A stretch of DNA of 64,000 nt from Victivallales bacterium. Lineage in GTDB: Bacteria; Verrucomicrobiota; Lentisphaeria; Victivallales; UBA1829. Within the stretch, counting starts at the first letter, position 1. Every line of letters starts with the position of its first letter. Positions 9,249 through 17,943 of the stretch are shown here, piece by piece. The position numbers and the translations under genes are program-made. The DNA lies in assembly GCA_045589595.1 (NCBI GenBank), contig JAZNPK010000010.1, positions 3 to 64,002 of the forward strand, given 5' to 3'. The notes under the pieces are model-generated. The model was not told where the DNA came from. It did no database searches and saw nothing but the letters and a program-made list of their open reading frames with translations.

Positions 9249-9989
9249 ATGAGTATTGAAAAGATCAATGTGACCGTATGGAACGAAAACTGGCATGAAC
9301 GGGAAAATGAATTTATCCGTTCTGTCTATCCCAAAGGCATCCACGGTGCCATTGCGGAAGCACTGGAAGCCGATGGCTCATTCAATGTCCGTACCGCCAC
9401 ACTCGAAATGCCGGAACACGGTCTGACGCAGGAAGTGCTGGATCAGACAGATGTTCTTTTCTGGTGGGGACATTGCAAACATGGTGCTGTTGCCGATGAG
9501 ATCGTGGACCGCATCCAGAAACGGGTGATCGAAGGTATGGGGCTGATCTGCCTCCATTCTGCACATTTTTCCAAGATTTTCCGCCGTATGATGGCGACGG
9601 ATTGCTCTCTCAAATGGCGCGAATGGGCGGAAAAGGAACGGATCTGGGTCATCGAACCCGGTCATCCCATCGCGCAGGGGCTCGGACAGTATTTTGAACT
9701 GGAACATTGCGAAATGTACGGGGAACGCTTTGATATTCCCACACCGGATAAAGTTGTATTCATTTCCTGGTACGAAGGCGGCGAAGTCTTCCGCAGCGGT
9801 GTTACCTATGAGCGCGGCAACGGCAGGATCTTCTATTTCTCCCCGGGTCACGAAACGTTCCCCATCTATTACGATACCAACATCCGCAAGGTCCTTACCA
9901 ATGCGGCGAAATGGGCGGCGCCCCGTTTCCAGAATCGTGAACACATCTGCCCCTGCGTTGAACCGCTGGAACCGATCGTCAAAAAATAA
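9249..9989 (+). CDS. ThuA domain-containing protein (trehalose-utilisation-like)
   Basis: Typical ThuA pattern: [32 protein letters not shown]. Confidence 0.85.
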   Translation: MSIEKINVTVWNENWHERENEFIRSVYPKGIHGAIAEALEADGSFNVRTATLEMPEHGLTQEVLDQTDVLFWWGHCKHGAVADEIVDRIQKRVIEGMGLICLHSAHFSKIFRRMMATDCSLKWREWAEKERIWVIEPGHPIAQGLGQYFELEHCEMYGERFDIPTPDKVVFISWYEGGEVFRSGVTYERGNGRIFYFSPGHETFPIYYDTNIRKVLTNAAKWAAPRFQNREHICPCVEPLEPIVKK

Positions 9990-10010
9990 TCTCCGGAAAA
10001 ATACCACAAA

Positions 10011-11084
10011 ATGAAACACAAATTCAACGGAAAATTACGTTGCGGTGTTGTTGGTCTCGGGGTGGGAAAACGGCGTCATATTGAAGGATACCGCACCCAT
10101 CCCAATGCGGAAGTTGTGGCGATCGCGGATCTTGATCCCGCCCGGCTCAAAGATGTGGGCGATGCATACGGCATTGATAAGCGTTATCCCACTCTGACCG
10201 ATATGCTCCGTCACGAAAAACTGGATGTGGTCTCCATTGCCACGCCCAATAAATTCCACAAACCCCTCACAGTGGAAGCACTGGAAGCCGGTTGCCACGT
10301 TCTCTGCGAAAAACCCATGGCATTGAACGAACAGGATGCACTTGATATGATCGATGCATCCAAACGGACCGGCAGACGGGTCATGATCAACTTTTCCTCC
10401 CGCATCAGTCCGGAAGCATACGCCATCAAGCGTGCTGTCGATACCGGTATCCTCGGCGATATTTATTTCGCCAGAAGTATCTGGATGCGCCGCAGACGGC
10501 TGCCGGGATTCGGCGGCTGGTTCGGCAAAAAAGAACTGGCGGGCGGCGGACCGCTGATCGACATCGGTGTACACCGTCTGGACCTCGCGCTCTGGCTGAT
10601 GGGGTTCCCCAATCCCACATGGGTCATGGGTTCCACATACGATCCCATTGCTCAGGAGATCGCAAAGCGGGAGAAGAAAGAGTACGACGTGGAAGACCTT
10701 GCCGTTGCTATGATCAAGTTTGATAACGGTGCCACGCTGGAACTGGAAGCGTCCTGGTGTGCCAATATCAAAGAACGGGAACACGTTTCCACCCGTCTTC
10801 TCGGTACGAAAGCCGGGATGCTCCATCACAATATCGGCGATGTTTATGATTCGTTTGCCGAGATCTATCTGGAAAAAGACGGATGCCAGTATGATATGAC
10901 GCTCCATCCCCCGGTCCCCGATGTGCATGTGAATATGTACAATCTCATTGAGGCGATCCTGACCGATACGCCCCACGATTGTACGCCGGAGCAGGGACTT
11001 TGCAATATGCGCATCATCGATGCGATCTACAAGAGCGCGGCATCCGGCTTGCCGGTACAGATCAAACAGAAAAAATGCAAGTGA
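10011..11084 (+). CDS. Gfo/Idh/MocA family oxidoreductase
   Basis: Motifs RCGVVGLGVG (Rossmann) and CEKPMA. It is a paralog of the next gene. Confidence 0.85.
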   Translation: MKHKFNGKLRCGVVGLGVGKRRHIEGYRTHPNAEVVAIADLDPARLKDVGDAYGIDKRYPTLTDMLRHEKLDVVSIATPNKFHKPLTVEALEAGCHVLCEKPMALNEQDALDMIDASKRTGRRVMINFSSRISPEAYAIKRAVDTGILGDIYFARSIWMRRRRLPGFGGWFGKKELAGGGPLIDIGVHRLDLALWLMGFPNPTWVMGSTYDPIAQEIAKREKKEYDVEDLAVAMIKFDNGATLELEASWCANIKEREHVSTRLLGTKAGMLHHNIGDVYDSFAEIYLEKDGCQYDMTLHPPVPDVHVNMYNLIEAILTDTPHDCTPEQGLCNMRIIDAIYKSAASGLPVQIKQKKCK

Positions 11085-11103
11085 GCATACAGGAGAATAT
11101 GTT

Positions 11104-12237
11104 ATGGCAGTGAAAAAAGCAACTGTAAAATGTGCCGCTGCAAAAAAAGCACCGGCAAAGAAGAAACCGGATCCGAACCGTAAACTGCGCTGCGGCGTTG
11201 TCGGGTTGGGGATCGGTCAATGCCACGTGGCGGGATACCGCAGCCATCCCAATGCCGAACTTGTGGCGGTGGCGGATATTGACCCTGTCCGTCTGGAAGA
11301 GATCGGCAACAAGAAACTCAATGTGGCAAAACGCTATTCCACGCTTACGGAAATGCTGGCGAATGAAGACCTTGATATCGTGTCCATTGCCACGCCCAAT
11401 AAATTCCATGCCCCTCTGACGATCGAAGCCCTCAAAGCAGGTTGTCACGTCCTTTGCGAAAAGCCCATGGCAATGAATGTGAAAGAGGCGGAGGAAATGA
11501 TCAAAGTCGCAAAGAGTGTGGGCAAACGGATCATGATCGACTTTTCTTACCGCACAAGCGAACAGTCTGTTGCGTTGAAACGCGCTGTGGAAAGCGGCAC
11601 GCTGGGCGATATCTATTATGCCCGGACCCAGTGGCTGCGCCGTCGCGGGGCACCGCTCGGCACACAGGGCTGGTTCCGCAGAAAAGAACTCTCCGGCGGC
11701 GGACCGCTGTTGGATCTGGGCGTACACCGTCTTGATCTCGCGCTCTGGCTTATGAATTATCCGAAACCCGTGTGGGTAATGGGATCTGCGTACAATCATC
11801 TGGCGCAGAAACTGCAGGCGCAAGACGGTCATCAGTACGATGTGGAAGACCTTGCTGTTGCGCTGGTCAAATTTGAAAACGGTGCCACGCTGGAAGTGGA
11901 AGCCTCCTGGCTGACGAATATCCGGGAAAATGAATTGATGTCGACCCGTCTTCTCGGAACGAAAGCCGGTCTCCTTCAGCACAATAAAACCGATGGCGCT
12001 GATTTCGGCGGCTATACATTTGACGCGGAGATCTTCACCGAACTGGCAGGCTGTCAGTACGATATGAAACTGCATCCGCCGGTGCCCGCCGCAACGAGCC
12101 ATTTCTACAATTTTGTGGATGCCATTCTCAACGACAAACCCCACGATGCCACCGGCGAACAGGGACTTCTTGTTATGCAGATCCTGGAAGCGATCTACAA
12201 GAGCGCAAAGACCGGAAAACCCGTACAGATCAAGTAA
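11104..12237 (+). CDS. Gfo/Idh/MocA family oxidoreductase with a Lys/Ala-rich N-terminal extension
   Basis: Paralog of 10011-11084. Start set at ATG 11104 after an AGGAG RBS; ORF-track start 11020 overlaps the upstream gene. N-terminus is MAVKKATVKCAAAKKAPAKKKPD. Confidence 0.85.
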   Translation: MAVKKATVKCAAAKKAPAKKKPDPNRKLRCGVVGLGIGQCHVAGYRSHPNAELVAVADIDPVRLEEIGNKKLNVAKRYSTLTEMLANEDLDIVSIATPNKFHAPLTIEALKAGCHVLCEKPMAMNVKEAEEMIKVAKSVGKRIMIDFSYRTSEQSVALKRAVESGTLGDIYYARTQWLRRRGAPLGTQGWFRRKELSGGGPLLDLGVHRLDLALWLMNYPKPVWVMGSAYNHLAQKLQAQDGHQYDVEDLAVALVKFENGATLEVEASWLTNIRENELMSTRLLGTKAGLLQHNKTDGADFGGYTFDAEIFTELAGCQYDMKLHPPVPAATSHFYNFVDAILNDKPHDATGEQGLLVMQILEAIYKSAKTGKPVQIK

Positions 12238-12254
12238 GAGAAAGAAGAACGGCT

Positions 12255-13151
12255 ATGAAAAATATTCTGATCGGAACGATGGCAAAAGCCAATGCCGGTA
12301 CGCCGGATTACATCCGCAATCTTGGAAAACTGGGCTTTGAATGTACGGAAGTCACATTCGGTCACGACTGCAGCTGGCTGATGTCCGGCATTGATCTTGA
12401 TGCTTATGCAGCGGCGTGCAAACAGGCTGTGGATGATGCCGGTATGGAAATGTCCGCGCTGGGCGTTTACGGCAATCCTCTGATCGATACGGAAGAAGGA
12501 AAGACCTGCCTCAAAAGCTGGGAATTTCTCATTGATCATTGCGATAAATTCGGCACAAAACTCATCTGCGGTTTTACCGGCTGCGTGATCGGCAAACCGG
12601 TTCCGGAATCCATCCCCCAATACAAAGCAGTCTTCGGTGATCTTTCCGCCCGTGCAAAAGAACAGGGCGTGCGGATCGCCTTTGAAAACTGTCCCATGGG
12701 CGGAAACTGGAAAAACTGCAGCTGGAATATTGCGTTCAATCCCCGCGCGTGGGAACTGATGTTTGAAGCACTTCCCGCCGACAACATCGGGCTGGAATGG
12801 GAACCGGCGCATCAGATGATGCAGCTCATCGATCCCATGGAACAGCTGAAAGAATGGGTCGGAAAGATCTTCCACATCCACGGAAAAGACGGTGAGATCG
12901 ACCATGCCAAACTGGCGAAATTCGGTATCTGCGGCGAAAGTTTCCCCGGCACACACAGAAATCCCGGATTCGGTCAGTGCAACTGGACGGACATCATTTC
13001 CATTCTGCGTGCGGGCGGCTTCGATGGCAACATTGATATTGAAGGGTGGCACGACGCTGTCTATCGCGGCGAATGGGAAATGACCGCGCAAGTCCACAGC
13101 CTGAACTACCTCAAGAATGCCAGAGGCGGCGATTATATCCCCAACTTCTGA
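12255..13151 (+). CDS. sugar phosphate isomerase/epimerase (xylose-isomerase-like TIM barrel)
   Basis: Motifs RIAFENCP, HIHGKDG and IDIEGWHD are typical of the AP_endonuc_2 / xylose isomerase-like fold. Confidence 0.8.
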   Translation: MKNILIGTMAKANAGTPDYIRNLGKLGFECTEVTFGHDCSWLMSGIDLDAYAAACKQAVDDAGMEMSALGVYGNPLIDTEEGKTCLKSWEFLIDHCDKFGTKLICGFTGCVIGKPVPESIPQYKAVFGDLSARAKEQGVRIAFENCPMGGNWKNCSWNIAFNPRAWELMFEALPADNIGLEWEPAHQMMQLIDPMEQLKEWVGKIFHIHGKDGEIDHAKLAKFGICGESFPGTHRNPGFGQCNWTDIISILRAGGFDGNIDIEGWHDAVYRGEWEMTAQVHSLNYLKNARGGDYIPNF

Positions 13152-13176
13152 CAGACAGTACAGACGCATCCCGGCA

Positions 13177-13210
13177 ACGCCGGCGGTCAACTGACTGCCG
13201 GCGTTTTTTA
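13177..13210 (+). terminator. Rho-independent terminator of the ThuA/Gfo/isomerase operon
   Basis: Stem ACGCCGGC/GCCGGCGT (13177-13184/13197-13204) followed by T6. Confidence 0.7.
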
Positions 13211-13225
13211 TGTGTCGTCACGGCA

Positions 13226-13256
13226 TAAAAAAAGCCGGTGCATTTCTGCATCGGCT
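13226..13256 (-). terminator. Rho-independent terminator for the minus-strand secreted-protein operon
   Basis: 10-bp stem AGCCGGTGCA/TGCATCGGCT (one G-U pair) with a TTTC loop. A U7 run follows on the minus strand. Confidence 0.7.
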
Positions 13257-13283
13257 TTTTGGTTTCTGCTTGTTGAACCGGGA

Positions 13284-15734
13284 TTATTTTCCGGTCTGGA
13301 GCAGACGGTTGGTCAGGTATTCGCGGCGAAGCTGTTCGACTTCGAATTCGATCCCCTTCCAGCGGGGCAGGGCGTTCACATAAACGTCAGCCACATCTGC
13401 ATCGCTCATATCTTCCGTGACCCGGGCAGCATAGGCATCCAGTTCTTTTTCCAGATCGGCAAGGCATGCCTGATAGAAGGCGGGATCGCCCACAACTTCA
13501 TCATTCCAGAGCTGGAAGATGCTGATCTTGGTATGCGGTGAACGGCTGACCGGTTTCCAGTTGCGGAAGGTGCGGAAGAGGATCTTTTTCCGGATCTCAT
13601 TGAGCTGTTTGGGCGTCAGCGTGAATTTCAGACTGCCCCAGGCGCCGGAAGAGTGGATGTCCTGACTGCCGCCCCAGGAGAAGCCGCCGGAGGGAGTCCA
13701 GGCAAGACATTCATACCGCCATTCGGAACCGTTGGCAGGCAGTTTGTTGTAGAACTGATCCCAGGAGAAGAAGAGATGCAGCACATAATCGTTGTCCGTG
13801 AATTCCACTTCGGATTTCAGGGAGAAACGGGGATCTTTATCCGTGATGCGTCTGTGGTTCTTGTTGTTGTACGTCGTGTTGAACACGTAACTGATGCCGG
13901 TGGCAGGTCTGCTGCCCATACAGATGTAGGGCTGATTTCTGCCCGGCGCAAAATACATTTCCGTACCGATGCCTCTGGCAAATCCGGCTTCGATGGATCT
14001 GGCGTTTTCGGCTTCCGCGCGGAGGAACACATGCAGACCGTATGCGTCGCACAATGCGGTCAGTTCCATGGTCTTGACCGCCTGAGCATTTTTATCGATC
14101 TTGATATAGCTGCGGTCGCCTGTGGCAACGTCAGTTTCAAGGAAGTCCATTGCGCCCTTGAAGGGGATATCGCAATACTGTTTTTCCAGTTTGTCATAAA
14201 TGAGCCGCCAGTCGGCAACACCCACCACGGGTTTGTCGAAGTACGGAACATTCATGCTGCGGACAGGTTTTTCCATGAAATATTTTTCGTAAGCGGCACT
14301 GTATTTTTCCGCCAGATCGGATCTGTTCCATGCGGTGAGGCAGGTACGGGCCGCGCTCTGGTAGAGAGACGCTTCATCCTTGCGGGGCAGCTTGGCATCT
14401 TTGATGATCCCTTCGATGGGTTTACCGCTCAGGATCGCTTCATAAACCTTGAACAACGTCGTATCTTTGGGCGTGAGTTTGGGATTCTTCTGGTATTCCG
14501 CGATCTTTTTGACGGCTTCGTCATTTTTGCCGAGCGCGCCCAGAGAGATCACATGGATACGGCCGTTTGCCGCGCTTGTGGTCAACAGCGGTGAACCTTC
14601 GTACACATCTGCCCATTCCACAACGAGTTTGTAGTCACGCATCTGGAACGGATGGGAGAGACAGTTCTGATATCTCCAGCCGCCCAATTTCAATTCGGCG
14701 GGGATGCCTTTCAGGGATTTACGGGCTTTGGCTTCTTCTTCCGTGCCGTAGAAATACGCCAGATATTCTTTGGCGACCCAGACGCGCTGGATGGGCTGAT
14801 TCTTTTCATCAAGGACAAACTTGACGGCATCGTTTTTCAGGCGTTTCTGCAGACTGTCTCTGGAGCTGCACCATATCAGTTTTTCGTAGAGATTGTTTGC
14901 TTCGTCCCAGATGGTGAGTGCATCGTCCGGCTTTCTGAAATGCAGGGCGATCTGCGCACCTGCCTGAGCCCCGGTCACGGGATCCAGCTTGATGGCTTCG
15001 CGGATCAGTTTGAGCGCATCTTCATAGCGGTCTTCGTAACGGTACACTTCGGCGAGATATGTGAGGATCTTCGCTTTTGCAACATTGTCCAGATCGGGCA
15101 GTTCAAGACATTTTTTCGCAAAGTCGGCGGCTTCTTTCAGTTTTTCTGCCACGCAGAAATGCTGGACCATTGCCCGGATGGCAAACGTCTTTTTGCTGTT
15201 GGCAAGGACGGACTGATCCAGTTTCAGGATCTCGTCAACAGTCTCTGCGATACATTTGTCTGCGGCTTCGTAACTGTATCTGCCGGGCGTCATCCAGGAG
15301 GGGACTTCCGCATAAGTGATGATGTTTTCGTAAATGATCACCTGGAGTCTGGGATCGGCATAACGGGGATCTTTCAGCAGAGCACGGATGTGATTCGCCC
15401 GGTCTGTACGCTGGATCTTTTTCTTTTCCAGGCCGTTGACAAAGTCCCGGATCTCGGTGCGTTTTTCAAGAAATTCCTCCCAGGCTTTTTTCTTTGCGAG
15501 GGCTTCGGCTTCCCGTTTTTTGCGGGCTTCCTGCCATTTGCGTTCTTTTTCGGCGCGTTCTTTGGCGCGGGCTTCGTCTGCGGCTTTCCGTTTGGCGGCT
15601 TCAGCAGCGGCTTTGTCGGCTTTTGCCTTATCAGCCGCGGCGGCAGGGGCAGGAGCCGCTTTTTCCTGTGCTCCTGCAGGAACAGCAACGCACAGCGCCG
15701 CGAGCAGGGTATATGTAAGAAGAGAATGTTTCAT
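13284..15734 (-). CDS. secreted protein: signal peptide, K/A/E-rich coiled coil, helical (TPR-like) repeats and a C-terminal aromatic-rich beta domain
   Basis: Start set at MKHSLLTYTLLAALCVAVPAGAQE (ATG 15734, GGAGA RBS). This lies 14 nt after the upstream stop. ORF-track start 15995 overlaps the upstream gene and is rejected. Confidence 0.75.
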   Translation of the reverse strand: MKHSLLTYTLLAALCVAVPAGAQEKAAPAPAAAADKAKADKAAAEAAKRKAADEARAKERAEKERKWQEARKKREAEALAKKKAWEEFLEKRTEIRDFVNGLEKKKIQRTDRANHIRALLKDPRYADPRLQVIIYENIITYAEVPSWMTPGRYSYEAADKCIAETVDEILKLDQSVLANSKKTFAIRAMVQHFCVAEKLKEAADFAKKCLELPDLDNVAKAKILTYLAEVYRYEDRYEDALKLIREAIKLDPVTGAQAGAQIALHFRKPDDALTIWDEANNLYEKLIWCSSRDSLQKRLKNDAVKFVLDEKNQPIQRVWVAKEYLAYFYGTEEEAKARKSLKGIPAELKLGGWRYQNCLSHPFQMRDYKLVVEWADVYEGSPLLTTSAANGRIHVISLGALGKNDEAVKKIAEYQKNPKLTPKDTTLFKVYEAILSGKPIEGIIKDAKLPRKDEASLYQSAARTCLTAWNRSDLAEKYSAAYEKYFMEKPVRSMNVPYFDKPVVGVADWRLIYDKLEKQYCDIPFKGAMDFLETDVATGDRSYIKIDKNAQAVKTMELTALCDAYGLHVFLRAEAENARSIEAGFARGIGTEMYFAPGRNQPYICMGSRPATGISYVFNTTYNNKNHRRITDKDPRFSLKSEVEFTDNDYVLHLFFSWDQFYNKLPANGSEWRYECLAWTPSGGFSWGGSQDIHSSGAWGSLKFTLTPKQLNEIRKKILFRTFRNWKPVSRSPHTKISIFQLWNDEVVGDPAFYQACLADLEKELDAYAARVTEDMSDADVADVYVNALPRWKGIEFEVEQLRREYLTNRLLQTGK

Positions 15735-15747
15735 TGTTCGTTCTCCA

Positions 15748-17649
15748 TTATTTGCTGATGGATTTGAGAGCCATGATATGGCGGATGATTTCCAGACGGG
15801 CTGCAGAAAGATCGAAGGAATCCGTATCAAGTTCTGCAAGGACCTGCATGGCTTTGCGTGCAACATCGCGCACTCTGTAATCCTTGGAGTGCTGCAGGGG
15901 TTTTGCCAACTTCTGGAGCAGTGTGGCATAACGGATGTCGTCCATACCTTCGCGGAATGCTTCCCACGCAAGGGTATCAATGATACCGCCGCCATCGCCG
16001 TACACGAAGTTCATGGGTTTATAGCCTTTGCCTTTCAGGTCGTTGTAACCGTTCAGGTGGTGGGCGTAATTGAAATGGCAGCTCAGACCCGCACGGTAGG
16101 GACCGAAGCCGTACTGACGGCGGATGAATGCCGGGTTTTCCACACCGACATGCTGCTGGGCGTACCAGCCGAAGTAACCGTCGGGAGCGACAAAGTGGTA
16201 TTTGTCAGTGTGGTTTTCATTGTTCTGATCGGGCGTGACCGGGGGCCAGTACAGGTCTGCGAGGGTACAGCCTGCAACATAACCGTAACGGCTGTTGATG
16301 GCGAAACGGAAACCGTGTTCCCGGTAAATATCGACCATTTCACGGGCGGCGACCAGCGCGGCATAACCGTATTCGTCACCCCAGGTCCCGATGAAACCAT
16401 CGGTGGTGCCGTACATTTCAAGATGACTTTCTTTCTGGCGGCGTGCGTCAAACTTCATGTTGGACGTATGGGAGAAATTGAACCGCAGGGAAACGGTCTT
16501 GTCTTCCGTCATACCGGCTTCTTTCACAAGATCCCGGTGTCCGCCGCGATTCCGGAACATGGGACGCGTTTCACCGTGTTCCACAAAGTTTTTCAGTATG
16601 GAGAGCAGCTGCTGTCTCATCAGTTCATAATTGTTGCCGTTGAGATGCAGAATGATCTCGGGACTGATATATTCGCAGAAATAGACCAGAAATTCTTTGT
16701 CGGTGTCAAAGTAGGTTGCCGGTTTGGGCAGACTGAAGGGCAGAACACGCAGTTCCACCGGGATGGAGGCGATCTGTTTGCCGTCTTTCTTCAGGGCAAT
16801 TGCACCCTTATAGAGACCCGGCTTCTGATTGTCTTTCACATGGGCTGTCAGGAAAAATTCCTTGAAGTGGGCTTCATCAAGAGTCGCACCCTGGAATGTT
16901 TCCGCATCCTTGAAGTTGGGTTTCATGCTGGGGAAGCCTTCCGGACCACGGTAGCGGGTCGCGTCTTCAATGGGATAGTCTACATTCGGCGGGGGATTGA
17001 GCCAGCGGTAGGAAACTTTTCCGTCTTCCTCAGTCAGACGGGCATAGTTGGTTTTTTTCTGCGTGTCAACTTTGATCAGATCTTCATCGTTGAGCAGGAG
17101 TTCCGGACAGAGTTTCAGAGTCTTGTCCTGGAAATAGCTGTACCAGCCGTTGCCGTTCTGATACCAGACCTTGACCGTCTTCAGGTCCAGATCTTTTTTG
17201 GAAAAGACTGCGCCGTCTTCCGATTTGAGATCGCTGACCTCAAACGCAACTTTGCCGAAAGATTTCAACGGATACAGCAAAACCGCACCCGGTTCATATT
17301 CATTCTGCGCCGCAATGATCCGGAAACCGGTACCGGGTTTGCCGTCAAAGGGATATACATCCGGCAGATACTGGGTTTCACTCATGGCAGGTACGCTGTA
17401 ACTGACCACATTGGTTCCGGCAGGAAGCCGGGGAAAATCTTTTGCAACACGGACAGCCGTCGTCTTCACTTTGTCAGACGCTTTGTCCAGATTTTTCAGA
17501 AGAGTCTGAAATGTACCTTGCGCTGAACACAACGCCTTGTACTCGTTCAGCCAGCCAGCCGTCTGTTCCGGCGCCGGCACCTCCACCTGCGCAGAAAGCG
17601 TGAATGCCCCCGCACAGCAGAGAATCGCACTGAGAAGTTTTCGCTTCAT
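15748..17649 (-). CDS. secreted DUF4091-type putative glycoside hydrolase
   Basis: Signal peptide MKRKLLSAILCCAGAFTLSAQ. The internal FVEHGETRP segment and C-terminal WEAFREGMDDIRYATLLQKL parallel the CDS at 4536-6164. Confidence 0.65.
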   Translation of the reverse strand: MKRKLLSAILCCAGAFTLSAQVEVPAPEQTAGWLNEYKALCSAQGTFQTLLKNLDKASDKVKTTAVRVAKDFPRLPAGTNVVSYSVPAMSETQYLPDVYPFDGKPGTGFRIIAAQNEYEPGAVLLYPLKSFGKVAFEVSDLKSEDGAVFSKKDLDLKTVKVWYQNGNGWYSYFQDKTLKLCPELLLNDEDLIKVDTQKKTNYARLTEEDGKVSYRWLNPPPNVDYPIEDATRYRGPEGFPSMKPNFKDAETFQGATLDEAHFKEFFLTAHVKDNQKPGLYKGAIALKKDGKQIASIPVELRVLPFSLPKPATYFDTDKEFLVYFCEYISPEIILHLNGNNYELMRQQLLSILKNFVEHGETRPMFRNRGGHRDLVKEAGMTEDKTVSLRFNFSHTSNMKFDARRQKESHLEMYGTTDGFIGTWGDEYGYAALVAAREMVDIYREHGFRFAINSRYGYVAGCTLADLYWPPVTPDQNNENHTDKYHFVAPDGYFGWYAQQHVGVENPAFIRRQYGFGPYRAGLSCHFNYAHHLNGYNDLKGKGYKPMNFVYGDGGGIIDTLAWEAFREGMDDIRYATLLQKLAKPLQHSKDYRVRDVARKAMQVLAELDTDSFDLSAARLEIIRHIMALKSISK

Positions 17650-17801
17650 CGTTTTGCCTTTCTTCGTTACTTTATGGTTTCCGTTTGATGTTGATGTCAA
17701 TAGAAAGTTTTATGTTAATCTAATATATGTATCGGAGATTGCAAGCCGCTTTTGTATAAAATATAGAAAAATATTATGTGGCGTTCAGGCATATCGCAGG
17801 T

Positions 17802-17935
17802 GCCCGGCGCGGCACCGCGCGGTACACCGCGCACATTTTTCCGGCGGCGGTTCACCGCCGCCCGGAAAAATGAAGGAACCGCCGCTGCCCCCGAAATGAT
17901 CGGGGCAGGGGCAGTTCCCGGTGCCGCGCCTGGGC
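17802..17935. repeat. Nested palindrome element C (closing stem plus three hairpins)
   Basis: GCCCGGCGCGGCACC (17802-17816) pairs with GGTGCCGCGCCTGGGC (17920-17935), with one bulge. Inner hairpins lie at 17817-17832, 17835-17871 and 17885-17908. Confidence 0.7.
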
Positions 17936-17943
17936 GCGTAAGT

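Noticed and set aside
11020-11103. ORF-track start of the second Gfo/Idh/MocA gene, overlapping the first by 65 nt
   Set aside because: The overlap region translates to Arg-rich nonsense. ATG 11104 has an AGGAG RBS and starts just after the upstream stop.
13152-13283. A sixth member of the cloverleaf family
   Set aside because: The region contains only two independent terminator hairpins. It has no convincing closing stem (6 bp at best) and no GGCGCGGC core.
15735-15995. 87-codon N-terminal extension of the ORF 13284-15995
   Set aside because: The extension overlaps the 3' end of the upstream gene. The internal ATG at 15734 has a GGAGA RBS and is followed directly by a typical signal peptide.
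13653-17526. Plus-strand ORFs of 313, 368 and 696 aa
   Set aside because: They are antisense to the two secreted-protein genes. Those genes have signal peptides, RBSs and operon spacing; the plus-strand ORFs have none of these.
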